From a virus (lineage: Duplodnaviria > Caudoviricetes): a stretch of 51,734 nt of DNA. The stretch lies in IMG/VR virus record IMGVR_UViG_3300046778_000197, positions 1 to 51,734 of that record. One strand, given 5' to 3'. The notes beneath the pieces were generated by a model. That model did not search any database and had not been told where the DNA came from. It worked only from the letters and a program-made list of their open reading frames with translations. How positions within the stretch are numbered: position 1 is the first letter of the stretch; each line of letters starts with the position of its first letter. Positions 1 through 9,699 of this stretch are shown here, piece after piece. The translations under genes were made by a program, and so were the position numbers.

Positions 1-2
1 GA

Positions 3-3000
3 ATTATTAATGCTTTTACTGATACGTTACCTGATTTGCAGAGAGAGTTAGAAAAGACAATAGAACTAAATAGAAAAACTAGCGATTCATTTAGCGGCTA
101 TATTACAACGGCAGAGCAATTAGACAGTTTTAAGGGCAATAAGTTACAATTCAATCAATTAAGAACGGCAAACGCTTTGTCTCTGGCTACTCTACCTAGT
201 GACACCCCAAATAGAAAAGCTATTATTGAAGCGACTTCTACTCGCAATTTTAATAAAGCTCGTGAATTAATTGGAAGTAATGAATTTAATCAGGAATTAT
301 TGGAGAAATCAAGAAAAGACAATTTGACTATTTTTGGTGGGGAAAAGAACTTAAATGAAGATGATAAAAAAAGATTAGATAAGGTTTCAAAAAATAGAGC
401 AAGGATTTATGATGAAGACTCTAGTTTAAGAGCAACATTTAGTCCAGATCTGCAAAAAAATATAGAGTCTCAGTATGAGTTAGCAGCAAAAGAATTCTTA
501 GAAAAATCAGATTTTTCTCAAATTATTCAGAATAAATATTCTGGATTGTTAGGGAGCGAGTATGCTAAAGATGGAGGGGCTAAAAAATTGCAAGATTTAT
601 TCATAAAAAGTGGAATAAATGAATCTTCTACAATTTCAGAAACTATATCTAAATTAAATAAAAATGTTTTACCAGAAATTTCTCAGGATAAGATAGCTAC
701 GAAGAATATAGAAGATTATATAAAGTCTTTACAAAAACTTGAAGAAGTCATTGGGGATAAACCTCTAACCGATAAATTTACTCAATCTTTTCAGACTGAA
801 AAACTTAAGGATTATGCCGATGCGATGATAAATATTAATTTAAATGCATCTAAAAATGCTCAAGAAATAGATAATTTAAATGAAAGGTTATTAAAATTTT
901 CTAAAAGTATTATTGATATAAGCTCTTCTTTCGAGAAAAATGCGATTATTCAATCTTACGATCTAGCCGGGAGAGCGTCTAAGAAAGAAATTGAGTTTGC
1001 GGGGCGAAAACAATTATCATTGGCTGCCGATCCAAATAACCTAAAACTAGATAATCAATTAGATACGCAGGAATCTTTATCGAAAATACAGAATAAAAGA
1101 GAAAGAGACCTTCAATCTTCATCTCAATCATTCATTGGTAAAGTTTCCAAAAGTTTTACTTCTTCTTACGAAGAACAACTCAATGAATTATCCAGAAAAT
1201 CATTAGATACCGGAATTAGTCCCGGAGAAAAAGAATTAATAGACAGAAAGATAAATAGTCTATCTGGATTGCTAAATAATGATGATATATATAAACTATT
1301 AAAAGAAAAGTCTGAGAATGGGAATTTAACAGAATCGGATGTTAATGAAATCTCAAGAAAACTAGAGGAACGATCTAAAAATGCTGAACTACTTCTTAAG
1401 GTATCCGACAGTGTAAATACTGCAATTGATAATTATAAAGAATATCTTAAAGATAAATTAAATGATCTATCTAGTGGTAAGATTAGTAAACCGACGCTTT
1501 CTTTTGCAGCTTTTTATCAAAACAAAACCTCTAAGGAAGGGGATTCGTCTACTTCCGATAGATATAGTCCTGTCCCAGACTTTATTTCTTCTCAATTTAA
1601 AAATGTTGGAACTGATGAAAAATCTTTAGAGGCTTTTAAAAATAATTTTTTCAGTCAAGGTATATTGGCCAAATCAGCGTCTAATTCTGTAACTGTTGGA
1701 TACCAGTCACGAAGAGAAAAGGAAATACAGGATACTTCGATTAATAAAGAATTTGAGAATAATGCTGCCGATATAGGTTATCGGTCTAATAATAGAAATA
1801 GTGAAATAAATGACCAATTTCGTCGTGAAGATATTCTAAGGGAATCCGAAAGACAGTTAAACTTTAAAGGATTACAAAGAAATAATGCTTTTGAACTCAA
1901 TAGAATCGGGGCAAATCCTTTTCAACTAAATAAATTAACTGAACAAAATGCAGTATCTAACTTTACAGACTCTTCATTATTAAAATTAAGAAAATCTGGG
2001 GACCAATTCCAAAATATTAAAGACAAAAGTAATATAGATAATCTTATAAGTAATAATAAAAATAAGATTTCAGAACTTGGAAATGTCTTTGGCCCGATAG
2101 ATAAAAATCAAGTAGATAATTTAGAATCTGATAATCGTCAACTATTAAAAGTTAAAGAAGACATAACAGAAGAACAAGATAAATCCAATGAAAGACTTAA
2201 GCACTCTAATGAACTAGAAAAAATATCTTTACAATTTGCTCAAAATCGTCTTCGTGCAATTCGTGACCAGAATCAAGGCTTATCTTCAAAAGGTCAGGGT
2301 TCCAATATTAACCAGTTAGATAACCTAACTTCCGGCCTTCAATTCACTTCCGCTGAATTCTGGGATACAATGAGCCAGAATAATGAAAAATTTGGCGAAG
2401 ACTTTAAAAATACTTTCAAAGAAGCATTCGGGTCGGCTATCCAAAATGGAGAAAGTCTGGGTAAAGCATTGGAAAAATCCTTCCTTAATTTTGCCAATAA
2501 TATCGCGGTCAAGAATGTCAATCTAGCCCTTGATTCAATATTCGGGGCGGTATTTGATGGTTTATCCAAAGTTGGAATTGGCGGCGGCAATAAAGGAAGC
2601 ACCGGAAGCCAAGAGTCTTCTATATTGACTAACTTATTAGGTTCACTATTCAGTTCCGGCAAAGCTAATGGTGGATTGATTCAAAAATTTGCCAGTGGCG
2701 GATTTGTTAATATGGGAAGTGGAACGAAAGATGATGTCCCGGCACTATTAAGTGGTGGCGAATATGTAATTAAAAAATCATCTGTAAATAAACTTGGCCG
2801 GGGCAATTTAGATAGAATTAATAATATTAAAGGTTTCGCGGGCGGAGGTAGTTTCATTAAGAGATTCGATAATGAATTTGCTACAACTGGCGACCCTTTG
2901 CGTCCGACTGACGGAGCATTTAATATTGACCCAAATCTATCTTCTATTGCTTTAACTGACGAAAATAACCCTCAGAATGCATTAAAGTTTGCTAGAGAAA

Positions 3001-3854
3001 ATTATATCTATGATAAGAGAAAATATGACGCAGAAAATGCCAATACATTAAGAAAATACGAAAAAGTTCAAAAACAAAATGCTTATAGAGCATTTGGAAT
3101 CGCGTTATTTAATGCGGGAGTTAGTGCCTATGGAAGTAAGGCTAATACTCCGAAAGCTGGAACTCAATTTGATAATTCTATTGGGGAAGGGTTCTCTGGA
3201 TATGGTACTCAAGCAGCTTATTCGTCACCCGGAACTTATCAAAAGTTTATATCCCCAGCTTATAGAAATGCTTTAGATGCAGCATATCTTAAAAAAGCTA
3301 ATGGAGGTTTAATCCGTGGCTTTACTAATGGCGGAGTATTCGGGGCAGAATCTTCAATGGATAAATACCCAGCAATGTTAATGGGCGGCGAGTATGTTGT
3401 TAAGAAACCCGTCGTAGATACTCTTGGAACTCGATTCTTCGATTCTCTTAATAAAACTGGGCGGCCTCCGCGTGGGTTTGCTGATGGTGGTTATGTAGGT
3501 AATTCTTCTCCTGTAAAGGTGGATGATATGCCTAAATATTTAATGGAGTTAATATCTTTAACTCAAGAAATTAGAGACAATAATACAAAACAATCAGGCG
3601 GCCCGGCCCAATCTGCTGGAGTAAATATAAGTGTTAATACCAACATTACTATTGCTGGAAATGGAGATTCTACTCAATCTACTACTATCGCGTCTAATCA
3701 AGACGAGGGCAAAAAAGATGATAAGAAACCTTCCTTTACGAATGAAGACGCTAAGAGATTATCAGATTCAATTAATGCTCAAATTAATCAAGCTCTAGTC
3801 CGTGAAAGTAAAAATGGCGGAATAATCTATGAAAGATTTAAGACCCGTGCTTAA
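3..3854 (+). CDS. Tail tape measure protein, 5'-truncated (frame open from the window start)
   Basis: Long helical K/E/S/N-rich ORF. Two C-terminal copies of the tape-measure-type motif KANGGLI..F..GG....DDVPA(L/M)L(S/M)GGEYV(I/V)KK. The frame has no stop from position 3. Confidence 0.8.
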   Translation: MINAFTDTLPDLQRELEKTIELNRKTSDSFSGYITTAEQLDSFKGNKLQFNQLRTANALSLATLPSDTPNRKAIIEATSTRNFNKARELIGSNEFNQELLEKSRKDNLTIFGGEKNLNEDDKKRLDKVSKNRARIYDEDSSLRATFSPDLQKNIESQYELAAKEFLEKSDFSQIIQNKYSGLLGSEYAKDGGAKKLQDLFIKSGINESSTISETISKLNKNVLPEISQDKIATKNIEDYIKSLQKLEEVIGDKPLTDKFTQSFQTEKLKDYADAMININLNASKNAQEIDNLNERLLKFSKSIIDISSSFEKNAIIQSYDLAGRASKKEIEFAGRKQLSLAADPNNLKLDNQLDTQESLSKIQNKRERDLQSSSQSFIGKVSKSFTSSYEEQLNELSRKSLDTGISPGEKELIDRKINSLSGLLNNDDIYKLLKEKSENGNLTESDVNEISRKLEERSKNAELLLKVSDSVNTAIDNYKEYLKDKLNDLSSGKISKPTLSFAAFYQNKTSKEGDSSTSDRYSPVPDFISSQFKNVGTDEKSLEAFKNNFFSQGILAKSASNSVTVGYQSRREKEIQDTSINKEFENNAADIGYRSNNRNSEINDQFRREDILRESERQLNFKGLQRNNAFELNRIGANPFQLNKLTEQNAVSNFTDSSLLKLRKSGDQFQNIKDKSNIDNLISNNKNKISELGNVFGPIDKNQVDNLESDNRQLLKVKEDITEEQDKSNERLKHSNELEKISLQFAQNRLRAIRDQNQGLSSKGQGSNINQLDNLTSGLQFTSAEFWDTMSQNNEKFGEDFKNTFKEAFGSAIQNGESLGKALEKSFLNFANNIAVKNVNLALDSIFGAVFDGLSKVGIGGGNKGSTGSQESSILTNLLGSLFSSGKANGGLIQKFASGGFVNMGSGTKDDVPALLSGGEYVIKKSSVNKLGRGNLDRINNIKGFAGGGSFIKRFDNEFATTGDPLRPTDGAFNIDPNLSSIALTDENNPQNALKFARENYIYDKRKYDAENANTLRKYEKVQKQNAYRAFGIALFNAGVSAYGSKANTPKAGTQFDNSIGEGFSGYGTQAAYSSPGTYQKFISPAYRNALDAAYLKKANGGLIRGFTNGGVFGAESSMDKYPAMLMGGEYVVKKPVVDTLGTRFFDSLNKTGRPPRGFADGGYVGNSSPVKVDDMPKYLMELISLTQEIRDNNTKQSGGPAQSAGVNISVNTNITIAGNGDSTQSTTIASNQDEGKKDDKKPSFTNEDAKRLSDSINAQINQALVRESKNGGIIYERFKTRA

Positions 3855-4743
3855 TTAATTTCTTTAATTCATCTATTTCATTTCTTAATTTAGAAATTTC
3901 AGAATCAATTAATTGTACCCCTTTATTATAAACGCTATCGGGAGAAAAGCTATTCTTAGCCATTAAAGGAATTCTAATATTAGGAGTGAAATCTTTGATT
4001 ATTTTGTAACTAACTCCAATTAGTGTTTCTTCCAAATAAATATTTCCTAATTCCATTTCCCATTTTTCAGTAGAAAATTTACCAACTTTGGTTCCGGGCG
4101 GAATTGAATAATCTAATTTAAGAAAAGATTTATTATTTTCTATTCTTATTTCTTTAATTACTCTTTTAAGAACTTTTTTATTATTAATTGTATTATATTT
4201 TAATTCTAAAAGGGAGGCATCTCCAGATTTACTTCCGATTAATTTACATTGTTTGGGCGGGGCCGCCACATAATTTCCATAGTCAACACAAGAAAGTTTC
4301 AAAATTTCGCCCATGAGACCAACCTCTTCAACTTTAAATTTAGTTGGTCGGATCTGTCCATTATTAATATCTAAACTTGTTTCGCCGCCCACCACAGTTA
4401 AAATTTCATTAACTAAATATTGTCGGCCCGTCTCTTTAATGGATTCAATCGCGACCAATTCATATTCATCAATAATAATATCTAAATTATCATTTAATTG
4501 TAAATTAATTCCAATATCTTCTTTAATTAAAATTTCCTTAGAATTATTAACTTCAAAATCTTTAAAGTAAAAAAATCTATTGGTTTTTAATATTGGAAAA
4601 AGAGTGTCTTTATTTCCCAGTTGAATGTAACTTCCAATACCAAAACCACCAAAAGAATCTTCAGAAGAAGAGATAACTTTATTAGTGTTTCGTTTTATTG
4701 ATATATTAAAATTAGAGTTATTATGGGATTGAGAGATCAACAT
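3838..4743 (-). CDS. Hypothetical virion/tail-associated protein (301 aa)
   Basis: Intact ORF directly downstream of the tail fibre, with a C-terminal coiled coil; function from context only. Confidence 0.5.
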   Translation of the reverse strand: MLISQSHNNSNFNISIKRNTNKVISSSEDSFGGFGIGSYIQLGNKDTLFPILKTNRFFYFKDFEVNNSKEILIKEDIGINLQLNDNLDIIIDEYELVAIESIKETGRQYLVNEILTVVGGETSLDINNGQIRPTKFKVEEVGLMGEILKLSCVDYGNYVAAPPKQCKLIGSKSGDASLLELKYNTINNKKVLKRVIKEIRIENNKSFLKLDYSIPPGTKVGKFSTEKWEMELGNIYLEETLIGVSYKIIKDFTPNIRIPLMAKNSFSPDSVYNKGVQLIDSEISKLRNEIDELKKLIKHGS

Positions 4744-4756
4744 ATAATATTATACG

Positions 4757-7700
4757 TTATATTTCATAACCATTAACACTAATATTACTTGAAACGGATC
4801 CGTTAGAGCTACCCTTCCACCAAAATCCCCAACCCGTTAATGGGATAGAGAATGGCGAAGAAGGACCTCTTAACTGAGAGCTTCCCGTTGCCGATATATA
4901 GGTCCCAGCACTAGCAGTAAAGATATTTGCTCCTAATCCACCGCTTGTCGCAGCAATTGCTGTAGCTGAATATCCCCCAATATCCCCGCCAATATTGCCA
5001 TATAGTTTAATAGAATTTCTTGGGATTAATCCTGTAAGATTGACAGAGTTTGCTTCCCATCCAGTCTGATAGAATTGATAAGTATTATCAGATATAACAT
5101 TATTGGAAGAAAATAGTACCGTATCATTAATATAAGTTCTTCTATCCTGAGTCAAGAAAGTGTCAAACGCTGCCGTTTTGTAATATGCGTGGCCAAGTAA
5201 TGACTTATAGGAATAATCGGTCGGCATGAGCGGCCCAAATCCATAGGTAGCATGAGAAGAAAATGTTCCTAAATAATTAAAATTACGTCCATCTGCCCGG
5301 CTTAAAACTCCAGAGGTTAAATTACTTCCAGAATTATAAATGCCCCAAATTCCATACCAAGTATTATTAATCGCCGAACTAGTGTCTAGATTACCCCCAG
5401 CTCCAAAATTAGCAGATATGTTAAGGTTAATAACTGGAGAATTTGCCAAATAAGATTGTCCAGACAGATTTTTCATTACTATTTCGTCGGCGGTAATTAA
5501 AACCTGAGTAGTCGGAGTGGTCGGATTATTCTGTATAATTAATCTTCTAACCGAAGAGGATACTGAGTCACTCGTTAATAACTTTGACAATCCAGAAGGG
5601 ATAGATGAATCTAATTTGGCTAAAGTTATAGCTCCGTTATTAACCTTGTTAGTGGTAATAGCCGAATCTAGGATTTTAGCGGTTGATATTCCATTGTCTG
5701 CAATATTAGACCCAGAAACAGCAAAAGTATCGATTTTACCATAAGTCACCGCCAAATCATTGATTTTGGCCGTAGTGACATTTAAATCAACTATTTTAGA
5801 TGTCGTAATTGAATTGTCTTGAGTCCCAGTTAAGCTATAGCCAACCGAATCAGATGATGGCCCGGCTGCATAGCCCGCGCCACCACTAATGACATGGACC
5901 CTAATTAATCCGCCATTTAGAGAAAATTGTCCACTTGCAAAAGCCGCCGATCCGTTTCCTGCCGTAACTGGAGATATGGTAATGGTCGGAAAAGAAGTAT
6001 ATCCATTCCCAGTTGTAGTTAATACTATGTTAGTTAATTTTCCATTGGTAAATATTGGTTTACCCTGAGCAGACGTTGAAGCTCCGCCCCCAGCAAAAGT
6101 AACTGTCGCGCCCGCATCAAATAATTTAGCTTCCCTATTAGAATTAACAAATAAATGTAAATCCTTTTGTAATAGAGTGGAACCAATAGATTGTGTCCCG
6201 ACTTGATTGGTTTGGCTTCTATCGTGTTGACGAGTTAAATCAACTTCGTGATATTTGGAAGTCGCGGATTCATATGATATTCCGCTTGTTCCTAGAAATA
6301 TTGGAGAAATTAAATTAGATTGATTAGAATAATTTCCATGTGGGGAATTCATTCTTTCTAAATGGATTCTTATCGCGCTAGACTCTGGGAATAGGGGCTG
6401 AAAAGTTTGCAATCCCGTTTCATTAATAAATATATCAAAAAATACCGGATAAGTTGTTCCGCCAGTTCCCCCTACTGGATAACTAGAGTGAAACAATCTA
6501 GCTTTTGTAACTATATTATATCCAGCAGTTCTAGATGATACTGATTTTAAATCTGCAACTTGAGTAACATTATCAGAAAAAACATTTAATTTATGAATTT
6601 CAAAAAAATTAGAAATAGATAAGTTATAATTTAAAGCTTGAGAGTTGCTTAGATTTCCTTCCATCACTCTATACCAACCAGTTCTCCCACTAGGTTCAAA
6701 AGAAACCATTAATTCGTCTGGTTGATTATTTAAGACATAATTAGTAGTTCTATAAGATTCGTTTGTCGGGTATCTAGAATTATGTTGGCCGAAATGAGTT
6801 ACTGGAGAATGCTGTGCTTGATATTGATCTGTCCCGCCAGCTCTTCCAATCGTTGGGTAAACTACGTAAGGCTTTCCTTGGTCATCTTTCAGAATATAAT
6901 CTCTAATTACTTCGTCAACATCAAAAAGAACCATATTCTTAAGATTGACATATACAGAATCTCTCATCCCAGTTGAGGCCGGAGTTATGCAAACAACTGA
7001 CATTGGAGAGATTACTGGATAGCGAATACCGGTTGATTCGGTTTGGTTCCAGTTCAGACCATTAATGTGAATTGAACCATAGGAAGCATCTAAAGTATGT
7101 TGATAATTTACTATCCCGCTTGAATACATCCCTTCTACTTTCGCGTCTTTGATTGTTAAAGTTAAATCCGCTCCTTTATGCACTTTCACCCAAGAATATC
7201 CAGTAACGTTCGTGCCGCGATAATCAGTGGAGCAATTATCAATAGTACACATTCCAGCCCCACCTCCAGTTACCCATGGCCAAGATGGGCCGGGTGATCT
7301 ATAGATTGGAGCTTCAATTGAGATAGCTGCTTCCCCTTGTGAATTAATTGTGGAATTGGTTAATCTTAATCCGGGGCCTTGAGGACCAATAATTCTTATT
7401 GCATGCTTACCACCTTCTAGCCAAACGTCGTTAATCAAATTCGTTTCGCCAGGATAGGTAATAGTAAGAACTGAATTCGTATTATTTTGGAGGGGATAAC
7501 TAGAAGAATATAAATCTCTATGATAAGCTCCACCATAATAGAAAGCCATTTTTTCTATCTTCGGAATATCGTTTGTAATATGCCCCCCAGCAGGATCTGT
7601 TAAATCCGTAGGATTAGCATTGTGAGCTTCCAAGGCCACATAACCTTCAGAAACCAGAAAATCTTTTTGTATTCCAGTATCCATCATTAAGAATGTTCCG

Positions 7701-8293
7701 TTGATACATCCGTCTCCAAATAAACAAGTTTGCTGGGCTGACCAAATTAAAGTATCTGTTATTTTATAAGTCGCTGCCGGAAAATATAATCTAGAGGACC
7801 ATCCATATGTACATCCGCTTAAAGCTCTTTTGATTGATAAAGTATCATCTGGAGAATTTGAAGTAAAAGTATACTGTCCATTTGTTTGGGCCGATCCTTT
7901 CGCTCCGAACATCATGACGTTCGGAACTGCGCCATTTAATAGTCTCTCCCATCTTCCTGCTGACGGACTTCCCGCTGATTTAAAATATCTACCACTATCT
8001 TCAGTTGCCGAAGATCCTAATGCCCAATAAAATTCCCCTCCACCCAAACCTCTATCCGTATAATCTTCATAATAAGATTTAACATATGCTCTAGAATTAT
8101 TAGGGATAGAAGAAACATCCAAGTTTACTAATTCATTAATAGAATTAACATTAACAACCCTATTCTTACTTAATGATTGATCCGCATTGCCCGCTGTCAC
8201 ACGAGTTGATAATCCATCGCTTGCTCTTACAGCATATAAGGTATCGCCACTAGCTAATCTAGTGATACCAGGCAAATCAGTTACTTGAGGCAT
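4757..8293 (-). CDS. Tail fibre/tailspike with pectate-lyase-3-like beta-helix (putative depolymerase)
   Basis: NVMMFGAKG...DDTLSIKRAL...LYFPAATYKITDTL beta-helix entry motif; GNGYTSFPTITIS segment; 10-aa ITTSKIVDLN/VTTAKINDLA/ISTAKILDSA fibre repeats; G/S/T-rich. Confidence 0.8.
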   Translation of the reverse strand: MPQVTDLPGITRLASGDTLYAVRASDGLSTRVTAGNADQSLSKNRVVNVNSINELVNLDVSSIPNNSRAYVKSYYEDYTDRGLGGGEFYWALGSSATEDSGRYFKSAGSPSAGRWERLLNGAVPNVMMFGAKGSAQTNGQYTFTSNSPDDTLSIKRALSGCTYGWSSRLYFPAATYKITDTLIWSAQQTCLFGDGCINGTFLMMDTGIQKDFLVSEGYVALEAHNANPTDLTDPAGGHITNDIPKIEKMAFYYGGAYHRDLYSSSYPLQNNTNSVLTITYPGETNLINDVWLEGGKHAIRIIGPQGPGLRLTNSTINSQGEAAISIEAPIYRSPGPSWPWVTGGGAGMCTIDNCSTDYRGTNVTGYSWVKVHKGADLTLTIKDAKVEGMYSSGIVNYQHTLDASYGSIHINGLNWNQTESTGIRYPVISPMSVVCITPASTGMRDSVYVNLKNMVLFDVDEVIRDYILKDDQGKPYVVYPTIGRAGGTDQYQAQHSPVTHFGQHNSRYPTNESYRTTNYVLNNQPDELMVSFEPSGRTGWYRVMEGNLSNSQALNYNLSISNFFEIHKLNVFSDNVTQVADLKSVSSRTAGYNIVTKARLFHSSYPVGGTGGTTYPVFFDIFINETGLQTFQPLFPESSAIRIHLERMNSPHGNYSNQSNLISPIFLGTSGISYESATSKYHEVDLTRQHDRSQTNQVGTQSIGSTLLQKDLHLFVNSNREAKLFDAGATVTFAGGGASTSAQGKPIFTNGKLTNIVLTTTGNGYTSFPTITISPVTAGNGSAAFASGQFSLNGGLIRVHVISGGAGYAAGPSSDSVGYSLTGTQDNSITTSKIVDLNVTTAKINDLAVTYGKIDTFAVSGSNIADNGISTAKILDSAITTNKVNNGAITLAKLDSSIPSGLSKLLTSDSVSSSVRRLIIQNNPTTPTTQVLITADEIVMKNLSGQSYLANSPVINLNISANFGAGGNLDTSSAINNTWYGIWGIYNSGSNLTSGVLSRADGRNFNYLGTFSSHATYGFGPLMPTDYSYKSLLGHAYYKTAAFDTFLTQDRRTYINDTVLFSSNNVISDNTYQFYQTGWEANSVNLTGLIPRNSIKLYGNIGGDIGGYSATAIAATSGGLGANIFTASAGTYISATGSSQLRGPSSPFSIPLTGWGFWWKGSSNGSVSSNISVNGYEI

Positions 8294-8338
8294 ATTATTT
8301 TATTATTTTTACTTAAATTTACTATATATTTACACGGT

Positions 8339-9697
8339 TTAGTATAATGGGATATACTCCGCTGTTGAAATCTGGATTTGACGACCACTTGAATCTAGAA
8401 TGTATCCAGTTCCACCCTGGCCGCTTAAATAGGTTATTACTCCGGTTCTGGTTGGAATCCCTAGATATCCACTTATAAAAAACCCATTAGTTATGTTATT
8501 AGGTTTCATTTCTACTGAAAAGTTGTAGGTATTGGTTCGGCGGCTAGAAGTTGATAAAGAATCGTTTAATCCATCAAATTTTGCTCCGATAAAATCATAT
8601 TGAATAGCCGTTCCGCTAAAATTTCTAGTATTAGATTGATAATTTAATTTGATAGAAAAATTATATTCATTATCTTGTTTAAATAAATCAATTAAGGATG
8701 AACTCCTTAAATCGCCCGCAATAGCATCGAAAGAAACATTTACTAATGTTGGCAAATTAATCACTCTATCCATTGGATATTTATAACCTATGTTATAGAG
8801 AGGTTCGCGCTGAAGTTGAAAATTAATAGCATAAGATTGTAATTTTATATCATTAAAATCATTAATTAAATTACTAACTGCGCCGCCCGATTGATTAATA
8901 GTGACTGAAATATCCTGTGGCAAAATTACTGTTGGATTGCCAGTTCCTTCATAATCATTTGGAATATAAAATTTAACTCCAGAATTTAAAGTATGATTAC
9001 GAGTCAAGATTGAGGGAATAGAATAACCGCTTGTCCCATCATAAACCATTACATTATTGCAGGTATATTTTAAATTAGCTTGAGGGAGTTGGCCAACTGA
9101 ACAAGAAGTTTCATAAGAATCCAAATAACAATCACCAAAAGCTGTGGTATAAAATTGTGAACTATTCTTAGTTAACGGGACGAAAGAGTTAGAATTTTTA
9201 GCATCGTCATTATCCTTTTTAGAGATAGCGTAAATATTTCTAGAGTCTCTGGATTTAAGAGGCCAATTTAATAATGATTCATTACTTCTGTCAAAATCTC
9301 TTGTAATCATCCCTGAAATTGGACAAACTCTAGAATTTCCATATAAAAATCGCCCAGTATTAGAATGGCCGGACGGAATATTTAAAGAAAAACCGAGCCG
9401 GGCTTCATTGATTAACCCCATTAAATAATATGAAACATTTAAAGATATCAAAGATGGTTCTAAAATTGGGCGGGACAAAAACCCTTCCGTTCCGAGTTCT
9501 TTAATATTAGTCCGGGCCGGTTGCAAATCAAAATTAGTAGATATAACTCTTTTTAAAGGAAAGATGAGGTTATAATTTTCACTACTGGGAACGCCAGAAT
9601 TAAGATAGCCATTATTAGAAATACATGTCATCCCAGAACTAGGAGATGGTCCTGAGAATAAAGCTACTTGATTGTAGATGTATTGATTCCTAGCCAC
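8339..9697 (-). CDS. Putative structural (tail-tube-like) protein, 452 aa
   Basis: Beta-rich S/N/G composition, MARNQYIYN start, GTG initiation, located between portal and fibre. Tube assignment is inference. Confidence 0.45.
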   Translation of the reverse strand: MARNQYIYNQVALFSGPSPSSGMTCISNNGYLNSGVPSSENYNLIFPLKRVISTNFDLQPARTNIKELGTEGFLSRPILEPSLISLNVSYYLMGLINEARLGFSLNIPSGHSNTGRFLYGNSRVCPISGMITRDFDRSNESLLNWPLKSRDSRNIYAISKKDNDDAKNSNSFVPLTKNSSQFYTTAFGDCYLDSYETSCSVGQLPQANLKYTCNNVMVYDGTSGYSIPSILTRNHTLNSGVKFYIPNDYEGTGNPTVILPQDISVTINQSGGAVSNLINDFNDIKLQSYAINFQLQREPLYNIGYKYPMDRVINLPTLVNVSFDAIAGDLRSSSLIDLFKQDNEYNFSIKLNYQSNTRNFSGTAIQYDFIGAKFDGLNDSLSTSSRRTNTYNFSVEMKPNNITNGFFISGYLGIPTRTGVITYLSGQGGTGYILDSSGRQIQISTAEYIPLY

Positions 9698-9699
9698 GA

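Noticed and set aside
2660-3500. Diversity-generating retroelement or recent duplication in the tape measure
   Set aside because: The repeats are diverged protein-level motifs common in tape measures; no adenine-specific pattern and no reverse transcriptase in the window.
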